DNA of 63,317 nt, the filler included, from Octopus bimaculoides (lineage: Eukaryota), in assembly GCF_001194135.2 (NCBI RefSeq). It is 8 parts of 6 records of this genome, joined end to end, with 100 filler letters (N's around TTAATTAATTAA, not from the genome) between each part and the next. Parts side by side here need not be neighbours in the genome. Positions count along the whole stretch, not along the records: positions 1 to 2,780 come from NC_069001.1; positions 2,881 to 6,749 come from NC_068985.1; positions 6,850 to 8,882 come from NC_069002.1; positions 8,983 to 29,256 come from NC_069002.1; 4 more parts are not named here. One strand, 5' to 3'. Positions 1 through 13,400 of the stretch are shown here, one piece after another. Both the position numbers and the translations under genes were made by a program. How positions within the stretch are numbered: the first letter of the stretch is position 1; the number at the start of each line of letters is the position of its first letter. The notes beneath the pieces were generated by a model. It saw only the letters and a list, made by a program, of their open reading frames with translations, was not told the DNA's origin and ran no database searches.

Positions 1-69
1 GCATACACACACACACACACCTGTGTGTGTGTGTATGTATATATATGCATGTATGTATGTATGTACGTA

Positions 70-107
<38 letters not shown>

Positions 108-279
108 TGTGTGTGTGTGTGTGTAGGTGCATAGTGTGTGAGTGTATGTATAGAACGCCTGAATGTAAGTTTGCACATGTATACGTACATACATATATAA
201 ATATGAGCGCGTGTGTGTGTAAGATGTTGGACATATATGCGCATACTTGCTTGCATGAAAAGATGTGTGTGTGTGTACG

Positions 280-316
<37 letters not shown>

Positions 317-699
317 TCCTGTATGTAATGGCTGATATCCCTAGGGACTCCCTCATCATCGACATTTAATAGTAATGTAGACCAAATAGGCATTATGTTA
401 CAGTTAATGAAGGAAAACAAGACATTTATATTAATTTTAATTGCACCCCTTACCTTTAATGATAATGAGATAAATTCCTCAAAGTATTGAACAAGAACAA
501 CTGAATTATTGTGTGAGGGTTATCGAGCAATAATTCTGGTTATAAAAAGACAGGGGAGACAACTATGAAAACTGTAATTAAAGTTAGTCAAACATGGAAT
601 GTCGTGACAAGTAAATCCGATTTTTAGTACAAGGAGGGTAAGTATGAACATGTTTCTGTATCATTAACCCTCATCAGTTAAACGTACTGGATTCATGGA

Positions 700-895
700 T
701 TAGGCTATACGCACGTACACCCGCCTCCGCACACATTGAATGGACCTCAGTTCATCACTGATACTTTATTTTTATCGACCCCAGGAAGGCAAAACTGGTG
801 CGATACGAACTCGATATACGTAAAAAAATTCTGAACCAAAACCCATTGGAAATTTATCCAACGCTCAACCGATTCTGCCGACTCACCGCCATCGA
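700..895 (-). mobile_element. SINE family A, highly decayed copy
   Basis: remnants tttatcgacccc...ggcaaa and aaccgattctgccgactcaccgcc match the better-preserved family A copies in this window. Confidence 0.5.
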
Positions 896-1235
896 AATAG
901 TATTTAATACGATTCATAAGGTCCTGCGTTCGAATTCCAGTCGGTGTACGTTTGTTGATTTTACGGAATCTAATAAAACTTGATTTACTTAAACACTGGT
1001 TTCATCTGGCCCCTTGAATAACTGGGGGCACTTAATAAACATTGAAAGGGTTCTGTTTCAAATCCCGGAATGCATTTTTGTTTTCAATCCCAGAATGCAT
1101 CTCTGAGGCGTTTATTGATTTCCTGTCTTATCTTTCAAGGGAACTTTTATTTTCATTTCAATTTGCAAGGGTCTGTTTGTTGCCTTAATTTGTATTCTTT
1201 AAGGGGCTGCTTGTTGATTTGGTTTGTATATATTT

Positions 1236-2011
1236 TAGGGGCCGTTGGTTGTTTGCTCATGTGCCTGGTTGCATCTGTCATTCATGTCACATTTAAATAA
1301 TGTCTCGTTGCTGACGTTTCACTTTCGACTCTAAGCAAGTNNNNNNNNNNNNNNNNNNNNNNNNNNNNNNNNNNNNNNNNNNNNNNNNNNNNNNNNNNNN
1401 NNNNNNNNNNNNNNNNNNNNNNNNNNNNNNNNNNNNNNNNNNNNNNNNNNNNNNNNNNNNNNNNNNNNNNNNNNNNNNNNNNNNNNNNNNNNNNNNNNNN
1501 NNNNNNNNNNNNNNNNNNNNNNNNNNNNNNNNNNNNNNNNNNNNNNNNNNNNNNNNNNNNNNNNNNNNNNNNNNNNNNNNNNNNNNNNNNNNNNNNNNNN
1601 NNNNNNNNNNNNNNNNNNNNNNNNNNNNNNNNNNNNNNNNNNNNNNNNNNNNNNNNNNNNNNNNNNNNNNNNNNNNNNNNNNNNNNNNNNNNNNNNNNNN
1701 NNNNNNNNNNNNNNNNNNNNNNNNNNNNNNNNNNNNNNNNNNNNNNNNNNNNNNNNNNNNNNNNNNNNNNNNNNNNNNNNNNNNNNNNNNNNNNNNNNNN
1801 NNNNNNNNNNNNNNNNNNNNNNNNNNNNNNNNNNNNNNNNNNNNNNNNNNNNNNNNNNNNNNNNNNNNNNNNNNNNNNNNNNNNNNNNNNNNNNNNNNNN
1901 NNNNNNTAGGGGCCGTTGGTTGTTTGCTCATGTGCCTGGTTGCATCTGTCATTCATGTAACATTTAAATAATGTCTCGTTGCTGACGTTTCACTTTCGAC
2001 TCTAAGCAAGT
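1236..2011. repeat. 105-bp direct duplication on both sides of an assembly gap (1236-1340 and 1907-2011)
   Basis: taggggccgttggttgtttgctcatg...ctctaagcaagt occurs on both sides of the N run with one mismatch; probably a scaffolding overlap or a collapsed tandem repeat. Confidence 0.85.
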
Positions 2012-3389
2012 GCGCGCGCGCGTACACACACACACACACACAAATACAAACATGCATAGAATGTCACACATACATACACGCACAATCGCAAACAAACACA
2101 CACACATACACATTCTGACGTGCACATACATACATACACAACACACATACCTACCTACCTAATTACCTACCTATCTACCTACCCACATACATACACACGC
2201 ACACACATATATGCGTATTTATAGAGAGACACAGACATTGAAGACACACAGTGACACATGCACACAAATACACACTGTCATACACGATTGCATACGCACA
2301 CACGATCGCGCACACACATACACGCACACTGACTTGCATATACACACACACACAAATTCACATACATAGGGAAACGCATCTATATATGTTGTTGACACAT
2401 AATGATATACACACACACTGATACACGCACACACACAGACAACCACATGCACACACATATATATATATCTCCACGGCTTCTGACTGACACACACATATAA
2501 GCCGAACTCATTGCATCTCCAAGAGACGGAAATACTGACTAAAAAGTTAAAAATAAAAAAATAAAAAAAATTAAACTAAGTTTAAAAGCCACATTGAATC
2601 ATAATTCTTCTTATTTTTGCACTGAGTAACCTCAACATATACATACACACACATGTTTACACATATAGATACACCCACATACATACACAGGTTCATAGAT
2701 ATTCATTCATACATATGCCTACATATATGTTTATACACACAAATATATATATAATATATAATATATATATATATATATATNNNNNNNNNNNNNNNNNNNN
2801 NNNNNNNNNNNNNNNNNNNNNNNNTTAATTAATTAANNNNNNNNNNNNNNNNNNNNNNNNNNNNNNNNNNNNNNNNNNNNTATATATATATATATATATA
2901 TTCATGCATTATAATCAAGCCAACCGAGACAGAGCTTATTGAGCAAGGTACCTTTTGAAAAGTCACACGACGAGACACAGGTGCATTGAAATATGCACCA
3001 CGACCTGCTGTACTGTACCTCACCCGCTAGGGACCAAGGCAAGGTGAATCGAAATGAACTTATCGATTAACAAAATATCTCCTGAAATCCATGTTCTGTT
3101 TCTCTCTTTTGTTATATATTTTATATATACATTTGTACATCTGTATGTATAAATGTGTACAATATCTATCTATCTAGCTATATCTCCCCCCCCCCTCTCT
3201 CTCTATCTATCTAGCTATTATGAAATAAAATATTTACATAGTTGCATTTAATGATAATGTTACAATTTCAGGCTATCATGTGATGTTTTTCATTCTATGT
3301 CTGTAGGAGGAAGGATATCTTGTAAACGAACCAGGAGAGAAATATATTATAGGGGCGGTATTTAACTCTTGTTATTATCAAAAGCAGAG

Positions 3390-3530
3390 TAAATTCCGCC
3401 GAGGTCGACTTTGCCTTTCATCCTTTCGGGGTCGATAAATTAATTGCCAGTTCCGTACTGGAGTCAATCTAATCGACTGACTCCCTCCCCAAAAATTTCG
3501 GGCCTTGTGCCTAGAGTTGAAAAGATTTTT
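3390..3530 (+). mobile_element. SINE family A, 5'-truncated, plus strand
   Basis: aaattccgccgaggtcgactttgcctttcatcctttcggggtcgataaa...ggccttgtgcc, the shared family A body. Confidence 0.85.
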
Positions 3531-4781
3531 AAAACCAAGGGAGGTAATTCCTTTTCTTTTTTGAAAGTGAATGGAATCCATTTTGATAAAGAAGGTATAA
3601 ATTTATGTACTAAAATATTAGCCCAAAATTGACTAAACGTTCATATTCAGGCGCAGTTGGTATTTTTCAGTAAATGTAGTCTCTTTATTTAACTGTTGTT
3701 GTAAGCGCGCGCACACACACACACACACACGCACACACATATACACACACACATATACACACACACATTGATACACACACACACACACTAACACAAACAC
3801 ACACACACACTCACACACTCACACACACACATCTATGTGTGATCAACGAGGAGTGGTAGAGAGAGGAAAAGGGAGGAAGTTGAACAGAGGTGAGCGACGA
3901 GAGACAAGGAGGAAGAGTAAGAGAGAGATATAGCAGTGAAGGGGAGAAGCAAGGACAACAGAAGGAAGAACGAGAGGGAGAGATAGGTAAGAAGAAATAT
4001 AAATAGATAAATAGATAGATAGACAGACAGACAGCGTTGAAGGGGTTTCTTNNNNNNNNNNNNNNNNNNNNNNNNNNNNNNNNNNNNNNNNNNNNNNNNN
4101 NNNNNNNNNNNNNNNNNNNNNNNNNNNNNNNNNNNNNNNNNNNNNNNNNNNNNNNNNNNNNNNNNNNNNNNNNNNNNNNNNNNNNNNNNNNNNNNNNNNN
4201 NNNNNNNNNNNNNNNNNNNNNNNNNNNNNNNNNNNNNNNNNNNNNNNNNNNNNNNNNNNNNNNNNNNNNNNNNNNNNNNNNNNNNNNNNNNNNNNNNNNN
4301 NNNNNNNNNNNNNNNNNNNNNNNNNNNNNNNNNNNNNNNNNNNNNNNNNNNNNNNNNNNNNNNNNNNNNNNNNNNNNNNNNNNNNNNNNTATATACGACT
4401 TCTTTCTGTTTCCTTCTACCAAATCCACTCACAAGGCTTTATATATATATATGTGTATATATATATCCACATTGATCCGACGAGTAGCTAGCAGATTACC
4501 CCTCCGATTACTACTTCTACATATAGCCTGGATTTTATTTATTCTATTTCCTTATTCTGGGCTTTTTATTCCCATACACAGCAACCCCAGTTAGTAACAG
4601 TGACCTATAAAATAAATTTTTATAGCTTATTGAAATTCAATATGGAGAAAATTTTCAATCTTTTACGTCAATAAACTACTATTGTTCCTGCAAGTTGTTT
4701 TTTATACCTTATACGGTAAGCTCGAAGCTTACTAACTTCCTACACTTGAATCCTTGGTTCTTACCTTTACATATTACTATG

Positions 4782-4814
<33 letters not shown>

Positions 4815-4819
<5 letters not shown>

Positions 4820-5198
4820 TAAGTAGCTTGCTTATCAACCACATGGTTCCGGGCTCATTCCCACTCCGTGACACCTTGGGTAAGTGTCTTCTACTATAGC
4901 CTCGGGCCGACCGAAGCCTTGTGAGTGGATTTGGTAGACGGAAACTGAAAGAAGCCTGTCGTATATATGTATATATGTGTATGTGTATGTATATGTTCGT
5001 GTGTCTGTGCTTGTCCCCCCAACATCGCTTGACAACCGATGCTGGTGTCTTTACGTCTCTGTAACCTAGCGGTTCGGCAAAAGACCTCGATAGAATAAGT
5101 ACTAGGCTTACAAACAATAAGTCCTGAGTCGATTTCTTCGACCAAAGGCGTTGCTCCAGCATGGCCGCAGTCAAATGACTGAAACAAGTAAAAGAGTA
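4815..5198 (+). mobile_element. SINE family B (tRNA-like head, internal microsatellite), near full length
   Basis: head gtggtaagtagcttgc...ggttccgggctcattccc, body accttgggtaagtgtcttctactatagcctcgggccgacc...gaaactgaaagaagcc, TA/TG tract, 3' half ending gcatggccgcagtcaaatgactgaaacaagtaaaagag; many copies in the window. Confidence 0.9.
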
Positions 5199-5665
5199 AT
5201 ATATATATATATATGTCTTAATTACTATAAGACAAAGAACAGTTAGAAGGTAAAACGCATTCCCTTCCCGAGGTTTCCGACACTGTTAGAGGGAAATAAG
5301 CAAGCTATCGTGTAATCGGGAGCTTAACTTAAATGCGTGTAAAAGCGTGGATTCTACTACATGCCACCAAAGGCGTAGATGGCGGAGTTAAATCGTGAAA
5401 CGCATATAATTTAAGATTTAAAGGGTGAGCAGTAACAGGAGGTTGTAACGTAAATGCACTTTCCCATGTCATGAAGCGTGTAAGCGAACAGCCATATCTA
5501 CAAATGAAGGAGACGAATTCAAAAGCTAGATGTATCTCGCCAACAGATAAAAACTTTATTGCACGACGGGATGACTTAATGTAACCCGAGTAATTTTGAA
5601 GATTCTGATAGGGATGACATGTATATGGACATACATACATGCATACACACACATATGTTAAAGTA

Positions 5666-6434
5666 TGAGGTTGTATCAAAAAGTTCCCGGATTAGGTCTG
5701 TAGCGCGCCAGATGATAGCACACGTTTGCGTGCGCAGTGAGAGCTAACGCGAAATTTTGCGTTAAACCTGAGAAGTCTGCTACAGAGACACTGAGCATGC
5801 CTCGGTAAGCTTACGGCGACAAAGCGATGAGACGTACGCAATGTTTTGTGTTTCACGGACGCTTCAAAAGCAGAAGAGGGTCCCTGGAAGACGATGAACA
5901 ATCTGGAAGACCTGTCGCCAGCGTCAACCCCGGAAACGTGGTATTGTGTATCGAGTATTCGTCCCCCAGCGCCAGACCGTCAATCGAAAGTTCTACTGCG
6001 ACATTTTGAAGCGCTTGAGGGAGGACATTCAGTTGAAAGCGGAGGAATGCGAAGTATTGGATCCTTCATGCGCCCTGTCATCGAACTCTCCTCACTTGTG
6101 AGTTTCTTGGCAAAGACAACATGGTATCACTTCTGCACCCGTTCTATTCACCAGATTTAGTACCTGCGGATTTCCATCTTTTCCCCAAGATGAAAATGCA
6201 ACTGAAAGGTCGCCGTTTTAACACTGTTGTCCAGATCCAGAGCGAATCGCAGAAGATCCTCGACTCGCGTACGGAAAACAAATCCCAGGCTGGATTCTAA
6301 AAGTGACAGGAACGCTGGGACCGGTGTATTGTTGTGCAAGGTGATTATTTCGAAGGCGATGATGTTAAAACTTAGGTAAATAAGTCATTTTTGATTAAGC
6401 ATAATTAGTCCTAGAAGCTTTTGATACCACCTCG
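5666..6434 (+). mobile_element. mariner transposon, internally deleted and decayed
   Basis: TIRs (t)gaggttgtatcaaaaagttcc / agaagcttttgataccacctcg flanked by TA; translates to RFKSRRGSLEDDEQSGRP and HPFYSPDLVPADFHLFPKMKMQLKGRRF...WDRCIVVQGDYFEG (mariner YSPDLAP-type motif) with stops and frameshifts. Confidence 0.92.
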
Positions 6435-6524
6435 TATGTGACAAGGATGTCAATATGAGGTGTGTCCTCGTGAAGCACTTCTGCCAATTACTTTTCAAAC
6501 TAAGTTTGATGATTTCCACATGGA

Positions 6525-6620
6525 TAGCAAATAATAACCCTTTCTACTATAGGCACAACACCTGGAATTTGTGGGGAGGGAAGGTTAGGCGATTACATTG
6601 ACCCCAGTGCTCAACTGGCA
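6525..6620 (-). mobile_element. SINE family A, 3' fragment
   Basis: ggcacaacacctggaatttg...gattacattgaccccagtgctcaactgg. Confidence 0.7.
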
Positions 6621-6696
6621 CATATATATATGTATACGCACACTCACACACACACACACACACACATATAAAGATATATATGTATATATATGTATA

Positions 6697-6749
<53 letters not shown>

Positions 6750-7655
6750 NNNNNNNNNNNNNNNNNNNNNNNNNNNNNNNNNNNNNNNNNNNNTTAATTA
6801 ATTAANNNNNNNNNNNNNNNNNNNNNNNNNNNNNNNNNNNNNNNNNNNNCATACATACATGCATACATACATACATACATACATACATACATAAACAGAT
6901 GCACATGTACGTAACAGATTTAGTAATATTTTTAACTAGTATTGAAAACTGACTTTGAATCCGTGTTTATAATAAAAATCCGTAACAAGTATTGAGATAT
7001 AACCATTTTGAAATCATATGATTTGTTTCGTATCTTTTCCTTTTTTAGTTGTATTTGAACTTTGAGTAGGTCACCAGCTGAAAATGGAAATCATGTATAT
7101 ACTCAGAAAATATATAACTTAAGCATGATGCTGGAGATTTTCGCGATTCATTTCAAGATATTTGGAAGTGAAATTTCATTTATAGCTAAAATATATTTTC
7201 GTCATAGAAAAGTATTTCAGATTAATCTTAGATTATATACAAAAATAACGTATCAGAAGAGATTTGTATCTTCTTATAATGCACTGAAAGTTATTAAGAC
7301 GATAAGACATCATACCGTTAAGTATCTATACGAAGCTACAATCGCTCTCCGAGCTATGTTAAACAAAATGTTTAAGAAAATGCAATAAAACGTGACATTA
7401 TTGTATAGTAAATATAGACAAAGTTAAGATTATGCAGATACTCCTGATTGTTACCGCTGCTGCTGCTGATGGTGATGATGATAATGATGATGATGAGGAG
7501 GATGACGGTAGTGGTGGTAGGATGAAGGGTAAGCTTGAGAAAGATTATAATTGTGAGGTTGAATGGACACAATGATTCTATGAAATATCTTTATCGATAA
7601 CAGTAATTCCATATTTAGTAGAGATCTACAATAAACTTTCCTAGCTTCACCTTAC

Positions 7656-7753
7656 AGAGTTTCTTAACGTGTCATTATAGTCTACCAGGTTTTCGAGCAG
7701 ATTCAAGTCTTTTAACATTGAAAATATTTCAATAACACAACACCTATCGATTT
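7656..7753 (-). other. possible isolated coding exon (E)IDRCCVIEIFSMLKDLNLLENLVDYNDTLRNS
   Basis: open frame in unique sequence with a GTAAGG donor; weak acceptor (gagttcag); no recognisable domain. Confidence 0.15.
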
Positions 7754-8991
7754 CTGAACTCAACAGACGTTCACAAACGAAAGTATTTATTTCTGCCAGC
7801 ACAACGAGATTGTATGTGTTTGTATGTGGGGTGTGTGTGTGTGTGTACATATACGTATACATATATATATCGTAATATGAAATTTGTAAAGTATAATGGA
7901 AGATGTATTTTACATAATGCAAATATATTCTGATTTAGAGCTCATTGATATGTTTGTCAAGTCGTGAACAGCCCTACCCGGGGCGATTTTCTGACTAGAC
8001 TATAAACTTTTGAAGTGAGGAGAAGAAGAAGAAAAAGAAGAAGAAGAAGAACAACAACAACAACAACAAAAACAACAAAAACAACAAAAACAACAACAAC
8101 AACAACAAGAGCAAGAACTAGAAGAAAAATATATTTATATGTGTCTATATTACACGCATAATGACGGGGACAATTGAATAGAATGATAACGAGAGGTAAC
8201 GAAAAGAAGCAGGATATAAGACGAAGAGGTAGATAAAATACTGAGAGATAGAGAGAGAAAGAGAAGGAAATGGAAGATAATTGTCGTATTACAAAGAAAG
8301 AATTAGCAGTTGGTAGGGAAAAATAAATTCATTCCGTTAGAAGAAATATTATTTAAAACAGATGACACAGAGGCACAACAAGGAATTCTGCAGAAAAACA
8401 TGAGCCAGCACAAACGAACAGCCGTAGAATGGATCAGAGGCTTTGGACAGTAGTTTCCTTCAGTAATATTTCTTCTGGCAATACCAAGTAAATTGATTCT
8501 AACATGTTATGTGCAGATATGTTTGTCCACAACAAAACTCACGACTCCGTCACATCTCTGCCTTTCTATCTGCTAATATCTATCTCTTTGTTATATCTGG
8601 AAATACACCATGATACAGTAGGGACAAAATATCCCATTTTAACATTATAAGTAGATATTAAACACATCAGTTATTGGAAACATGTGTCGCTGGAGAGTCA
8701 GTCCTAACTAAATTTAGTGAAACACGATATATATAGCGTGAGAAATGGGATATTAAAACTTCATGCATATCTCCTGTATTTGTGGAAAGTGTACTGAACA
8801 TTATATCATTATATTTGATCCTTAGCAAATGATATACATACATATATACTATATATATATGTATATATATATATATATATATNNNNNNNNNNNNNNNNNN
8901 NNNNNNNNNNNNNNNNNNNNNNNNNNTTAATTAATTAANNNNNNNNNNNNNNNNNNNNNNNNNNNNNNNNNNNNNNNNNNNNGATACTTTC

Positions 8992-9046
<55 letters not shown>

Positions 9047-9267
9047 ACGAGAGAGAGAGAGAGAGAGAGATGTATATGTATACATATAGATGTACACGTA
9101 TATGTGTATATATATATATAGATCTATACATAAATGTATATGTATACATATGTGTAGATGTATATATATATATATATAGATGTACATGTAATACGTACAC
9201 ATATATACATATATACATGCATACAGATATCTATACATATATACACCCATCACACACACATACACAT

Positions 9268-9375
9268 GCTCGAAACGTCATACTCTCTCTCTTTCCTTTC
9301 CCGAGCGTCTAATAACACTATCCTTATCACGTCCTCACGTTGTTGTTTTCTGTTATTGTTTTTTGTATTTTTTTA
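9268..9375 (+). mobile_element. short Penelope-pLTR-like element, 5'-truncated, with the 3' half of a hammerhead-like core
   Basis: gctcgaaacgtcatactctctctctttcctttcccgagcgtctaataacactatcc...gtcctcac aligns with the reverse copy at 19725-19920; flanked by (TA)n. Confidence 0.6.
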
Positions 9376-9392
9376 AAACTTATATATATATT

Positions 9393-9493
<101 letters not shown>

Positions 9494-9600
9494 CGGGGGG
9501 GAAGAGAAAAGATGAAAAAACACAGCAGATTTGTTTTACGGGATTTAAGCGTACATCAGAACGATGATAATAAAGATATACAATTTTGTAACAAATAATG

Positions 9601-10554
9601 TTTTGTTCTTTTGAACATAATTGAAGGACCGGTTTCGCATTGCTCATCAAACTGAGAGTCGAAAGAGATAAATTGTTAGGGGAAAAAATATTGCTAGGGG
9701 AGATAATTGTTCACTCATTTAATTTGTACTAAAGGGGAGTTAAATCTAATTTTCATTAATTCTGGTTTATATTTTGGGATAAATGAGGTTTCTTTATTCA
9801 GTCTTACTTGTGTTGAGGTCCTAAGGCAAGTTGATAAAATGGGTAAATTTCGAATTGTGGGTGTCATCGTTCTGCACATTCGTCAATGTGTTGACTGAGG
9901 TATATTTGGCGATATTTTGGGGAGGAAATTTATTGTCTGTGGACTGTACATCTCTTTCGGATCGAGGTTCCTGTTGAGCCAATATAATTTCGATGGCAGC
10001 CCGAGCATCTTTACGTAAATGAGGTTTTGGGAGGCACAAGTGAAGTTAGATTTGATTTTGAATATTTGTCCTTGTCTGAAATGGAATTCCCATCCTTTCA
10101 ACAGATTGGGACATGTTCCACAATTAGGGCGACCACACTTTACGACACTTGTGCGCCTGTTCTTCTAGAGAATAGTTTGACATTGGTGGGAATTTTTTTC
10201 AATGTCTTAAACTGTTTGCTGCTCTTAAGGATTTTATAGTTACGTTGAATCTCTTTCAATTTCGGGGTCCCTATGGAGTATTGGAACATTTTGGACGATA
10301 ATATTGAATGCTTTGTTTCTGGGGTTGTATGTGAACATATAAGGTAGTGCTTTGAGAGTAGACGTGTTGTTGTGTTTGGCTTTTCTTAATGTTAAAAAAA
10401 AAGTAAAATTACAGATTTACGTCCCCTTTACTGCAAAATAAATGATTGAACAATTATCTCCCCTAGCAATATTCCAACCCTTAGCAATTTATCTCTTTCA
10501 ACTCTCAGATTGATCAGCAATGATCCTTACTTCAATTATGTTGAAAAAACAAAA
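9601..10554 (-). mobile_element. Penelope-like retroelement remnant (GIY-YIG endonuclease region) between ~120-bp inverted repeats
   Basis: minus-strand translation with frameshifts KCGRPNCGTC...FTCASQNLIYV.KCSGCHRNYIGSTGTSIRKRCTVHRQ; arms 9601-9720 and 10441-10554 are reverse complements. Confidence 0.85.
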
Positions 10555-10711
10555 CCTTATTTTGAACAAAAGTATGTCTTGATTATCATGGCTCTAATAT
10601 ACTCTTAAATCCTGTAAAACAAATCTATGATTTTTCATCTTCTCTCTTTCTCTATTTATATCCACCCCGTGTGTTTCCCCACTAAAATATTTTCTACCTT
10701 ACACACGCACA

Positions 10712-11466
10712 CAGAGTAAAGCCGCTTGGCAAAGATTGACCTTGATCTCTGCTGTGAATACATAATGCTTTAACGTTGTAGCTCACTTCCACTGTTTTAC
10801 AGCAGTGCTTGGAAGGAAGGTGTGCAGCGTGAGATCATCGCATTGACTATAACAGAAAGTTGAATGGAGAATCTTCTTCAAATTTTACCAAAAGCTTGAC
10901 CATACCAGCTCAGAGGCCCACGCAAGGTTTTCAGACAATATGAAATCTTGTGCAACTGAAACCCAAGGATCTTTTTTGGTCAGCTGAAAGCAGTTTTGGC
11001 ACAAACTTGGCAGGCACGCGTCTCATACCCAAATCTTCAGTGATAATGGACTGAACTGAATCGTAACTAATCTGCACATCCTCTGATAACTCACGGATGA
11101 TGATTCGACGATTTAACCTCAAAACAGCACGCACATCTGCGATGTTTTTCTCAGTTCTGCTGGTTCTTGGTTTCCCAGAACGTTCGTCAATATCGACATT
11201 CTTCGGCCATCTTGGAAATGTCTGAACCACTCGTATACTTGTGTGCGGCTCATACATTCCGCTCCATACACTTTCTGCAACTTTGCGCTAGCCTCTGAGC
11301 AGGTATCGTCATGACAACTTTCTCTGTCATGGTCAATGCAACAATCACACGCTACACACCGTCCTTCTAAGCACTGCTGTAAAGAACGGAAGTGATCTAG
11401 AAGTTAAAATTAAGTGCGCATGCACAGCAGAGTTTATTGTCAATCTTTTCCAAGCGGCTTCACTCA
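10712..11466 (-). mobile_element. mariner transposon remnant with ~60-bp TIRs
   Basis: ORF 10931-11257: DERSGKPRTSRTEKNIADVRAVLRLNRRIIIRELSEDVQISYDSVQSIITEDLGMRRVPAKFVPKLLS (mariner HTH plus WVPH-like motif); TIRs gagtaaagccgcttggcaaagattgac / gtcaatcttttccaagcggcttcactc. Confidence 0.9.
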
Positions 11467-11520
11467 GCGTGCTTTACCTTTGTTACTATGGCAACAGTCC
11501 GGATAACTATTGATTAAACT

Positions 11521-11564
<44 letters not shown>

Positions 11565-11799
11565 ACACACACACACGCACGCACACACACACACACACAC
11601 ACACGCACACACACACGCATACACACACATACATGATGGATTCTCTTGTCGAAGACAACATAAGAACTTTCACCTTTTGCCGAACGACCTGCACAAATGA
11701 TTTGTTTATAGGGATCAAATGTATGTGCCGCTCATTAGCTCATCTGCCCCTCCATCAAATCAGCGTTGCTTGAACATGTGTACGGTGTACTACACGGCA

Positions 11800-11935
11800 G
11801 GTGTCGAAATGAACGCAGAAGTGAGATGAAGTGTTTTCCCAGTAACACAACGCACCACTCGGTCTAGGAATTGAAACCACAATATCGCGATCGCGAGTGC
11901 AGCAATATTTACCACTAGGCCATGCGCCCTCCTAC
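11800..11935 (-). mobile_element. SINE family C (tRNA-like head)
   Basis: reverse complement ggcgcatggcctagtggtaaa...gtggtttcaattcctagaccgagtggtgcgttgtgttactgggaaaacacttc, similar to 55072-55230. Confidence 0.7.
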
Positions 11936-11981
11936 GTATATATATACGCGTGTGTGCGTGTGTGTGTGTAATTATATATGT

Positions 11982-12021
<40 letters not shown>

Positions 12022-12449
12022 ATTAGAAAATGGAGGATAATATGCTGAACCCAACGACTTGCAGACAGTGTATCCTGTTGAATTCATTAACTTAATTCAT
12101 AACTAAAGTGACAAAACGTCACAATGTACAGGTGTTTATGACAAATCATGTTATATTGACAACCGGGTTTACAAATAAAAGTACATAAGGAATTAGAGAA
12201 TGTTGGTAATTAGAGAATTAGGAATTAGAGAATAGCATTGGTAATTTAGCTATTTTATTTCTATGGTATTTTGCCCTAATTGATTAATTAATAACTAGCC
12301 TTTATTTATTCATAAATAAATAATGCAAATCTTTGCATCTCTATTAATTCATACTTAGCATATATAAAACTATACTAATATATTTACTGCATATATAAAA
12401 ATAACTCCTTAGAATATAATTTTATTAATATATAATTAGAATGTTTTTT

Positions 12450-13400
12450 ACCTCAATACTCCTTTATTCATATCAGTATATACCTATTAATCAATATTCA
12501 TAGATACCATATGATGAGTTAGTTTTTAAGTGTACAGTATATATAAATATTAAACTATTTCTGAATAATTTTCTTTTTCTCCCTCTATTGTGGTAAAAGA
12601 TTGGTATATACTCAAAAGTATCCATAAATTTGTATCCTTTTGTTAATATATTCTTATTAATAACCCTATGAATAGCTATAGATTTTGTTTCTATACAATA
12701 TAGCAGCATTGGTTTAAAACTTTTAACTATAGTACTACATGATAAGACTTCCCCTGTTTCATTATCAATGGTCTGCTAGTGGGTGACCCCTTAGTTATTT
12801 TAAGTTTTCTTTTACCAAACCTCATGAGTTTATGACTATACCTACCATGATTTCTGTCTGCCCTATCACCCCAACCCCTAATAGATAATGCCTTTATTCT
12901 CTTAAGCTTTAGATATACAAGGTTTGATATGATAGTCTATAAATCTAAACTAAAAAAACAAATAAAATCAGTGACAGGCAGAGTCTTCTTTGACATTTTA
13001 TTTATTAGCTTTGACATTTTATTTATTAGCTTTGACATTTTATTTATTAGCTTTGACATTTTATTTATTAGCTTCCATGGTGTGGCTAAAGCAAGATGTT
13101 CTCTGTCTGTCTCCCTAATCTCAGGGAGATTTTAGGTATAATTATATTAATGTGTCCATCTGTTCTAATTTAATTAAATTCTTTGTCTTTGTGCAGCTGA
13201 ATATTGCTCTGCATTTTAAATTGATGTAACGATTACATTGTTCAATTAAATGGAGTTGCATGAAACGATCGTACTGCTTTACCTCTTAATATCCTTGCTG
13301 CTCATTTTGATTTCAATCACCTTACTTTGAAATTGAATGGATAATACCGTACTAAATCCTGGTGCCTAAACTTAAGTACCATATTCACCTGAATCGAAAT
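12450..13400 (-). mobile_element. possible highly decayed LINE (RT C-terminal region)
   Basis: weak minus-strand fragments such as NLPEIRETDREHLALATPWK; many stops; family not assignable. Confidence 0.25.
12988..13071. repeat. perfect 21-bp tandem repeat, 4 copies (ctttgacattttatttattag)
   Basis: four identical units read directly. Confidence 0.95.

Noticed and set aside
5329-5610. ~90-codon open frame on the minus strand in unique sequence
   Set aside because: No recognisable domain and no convincing donor site; cannot be supported without a homology search.
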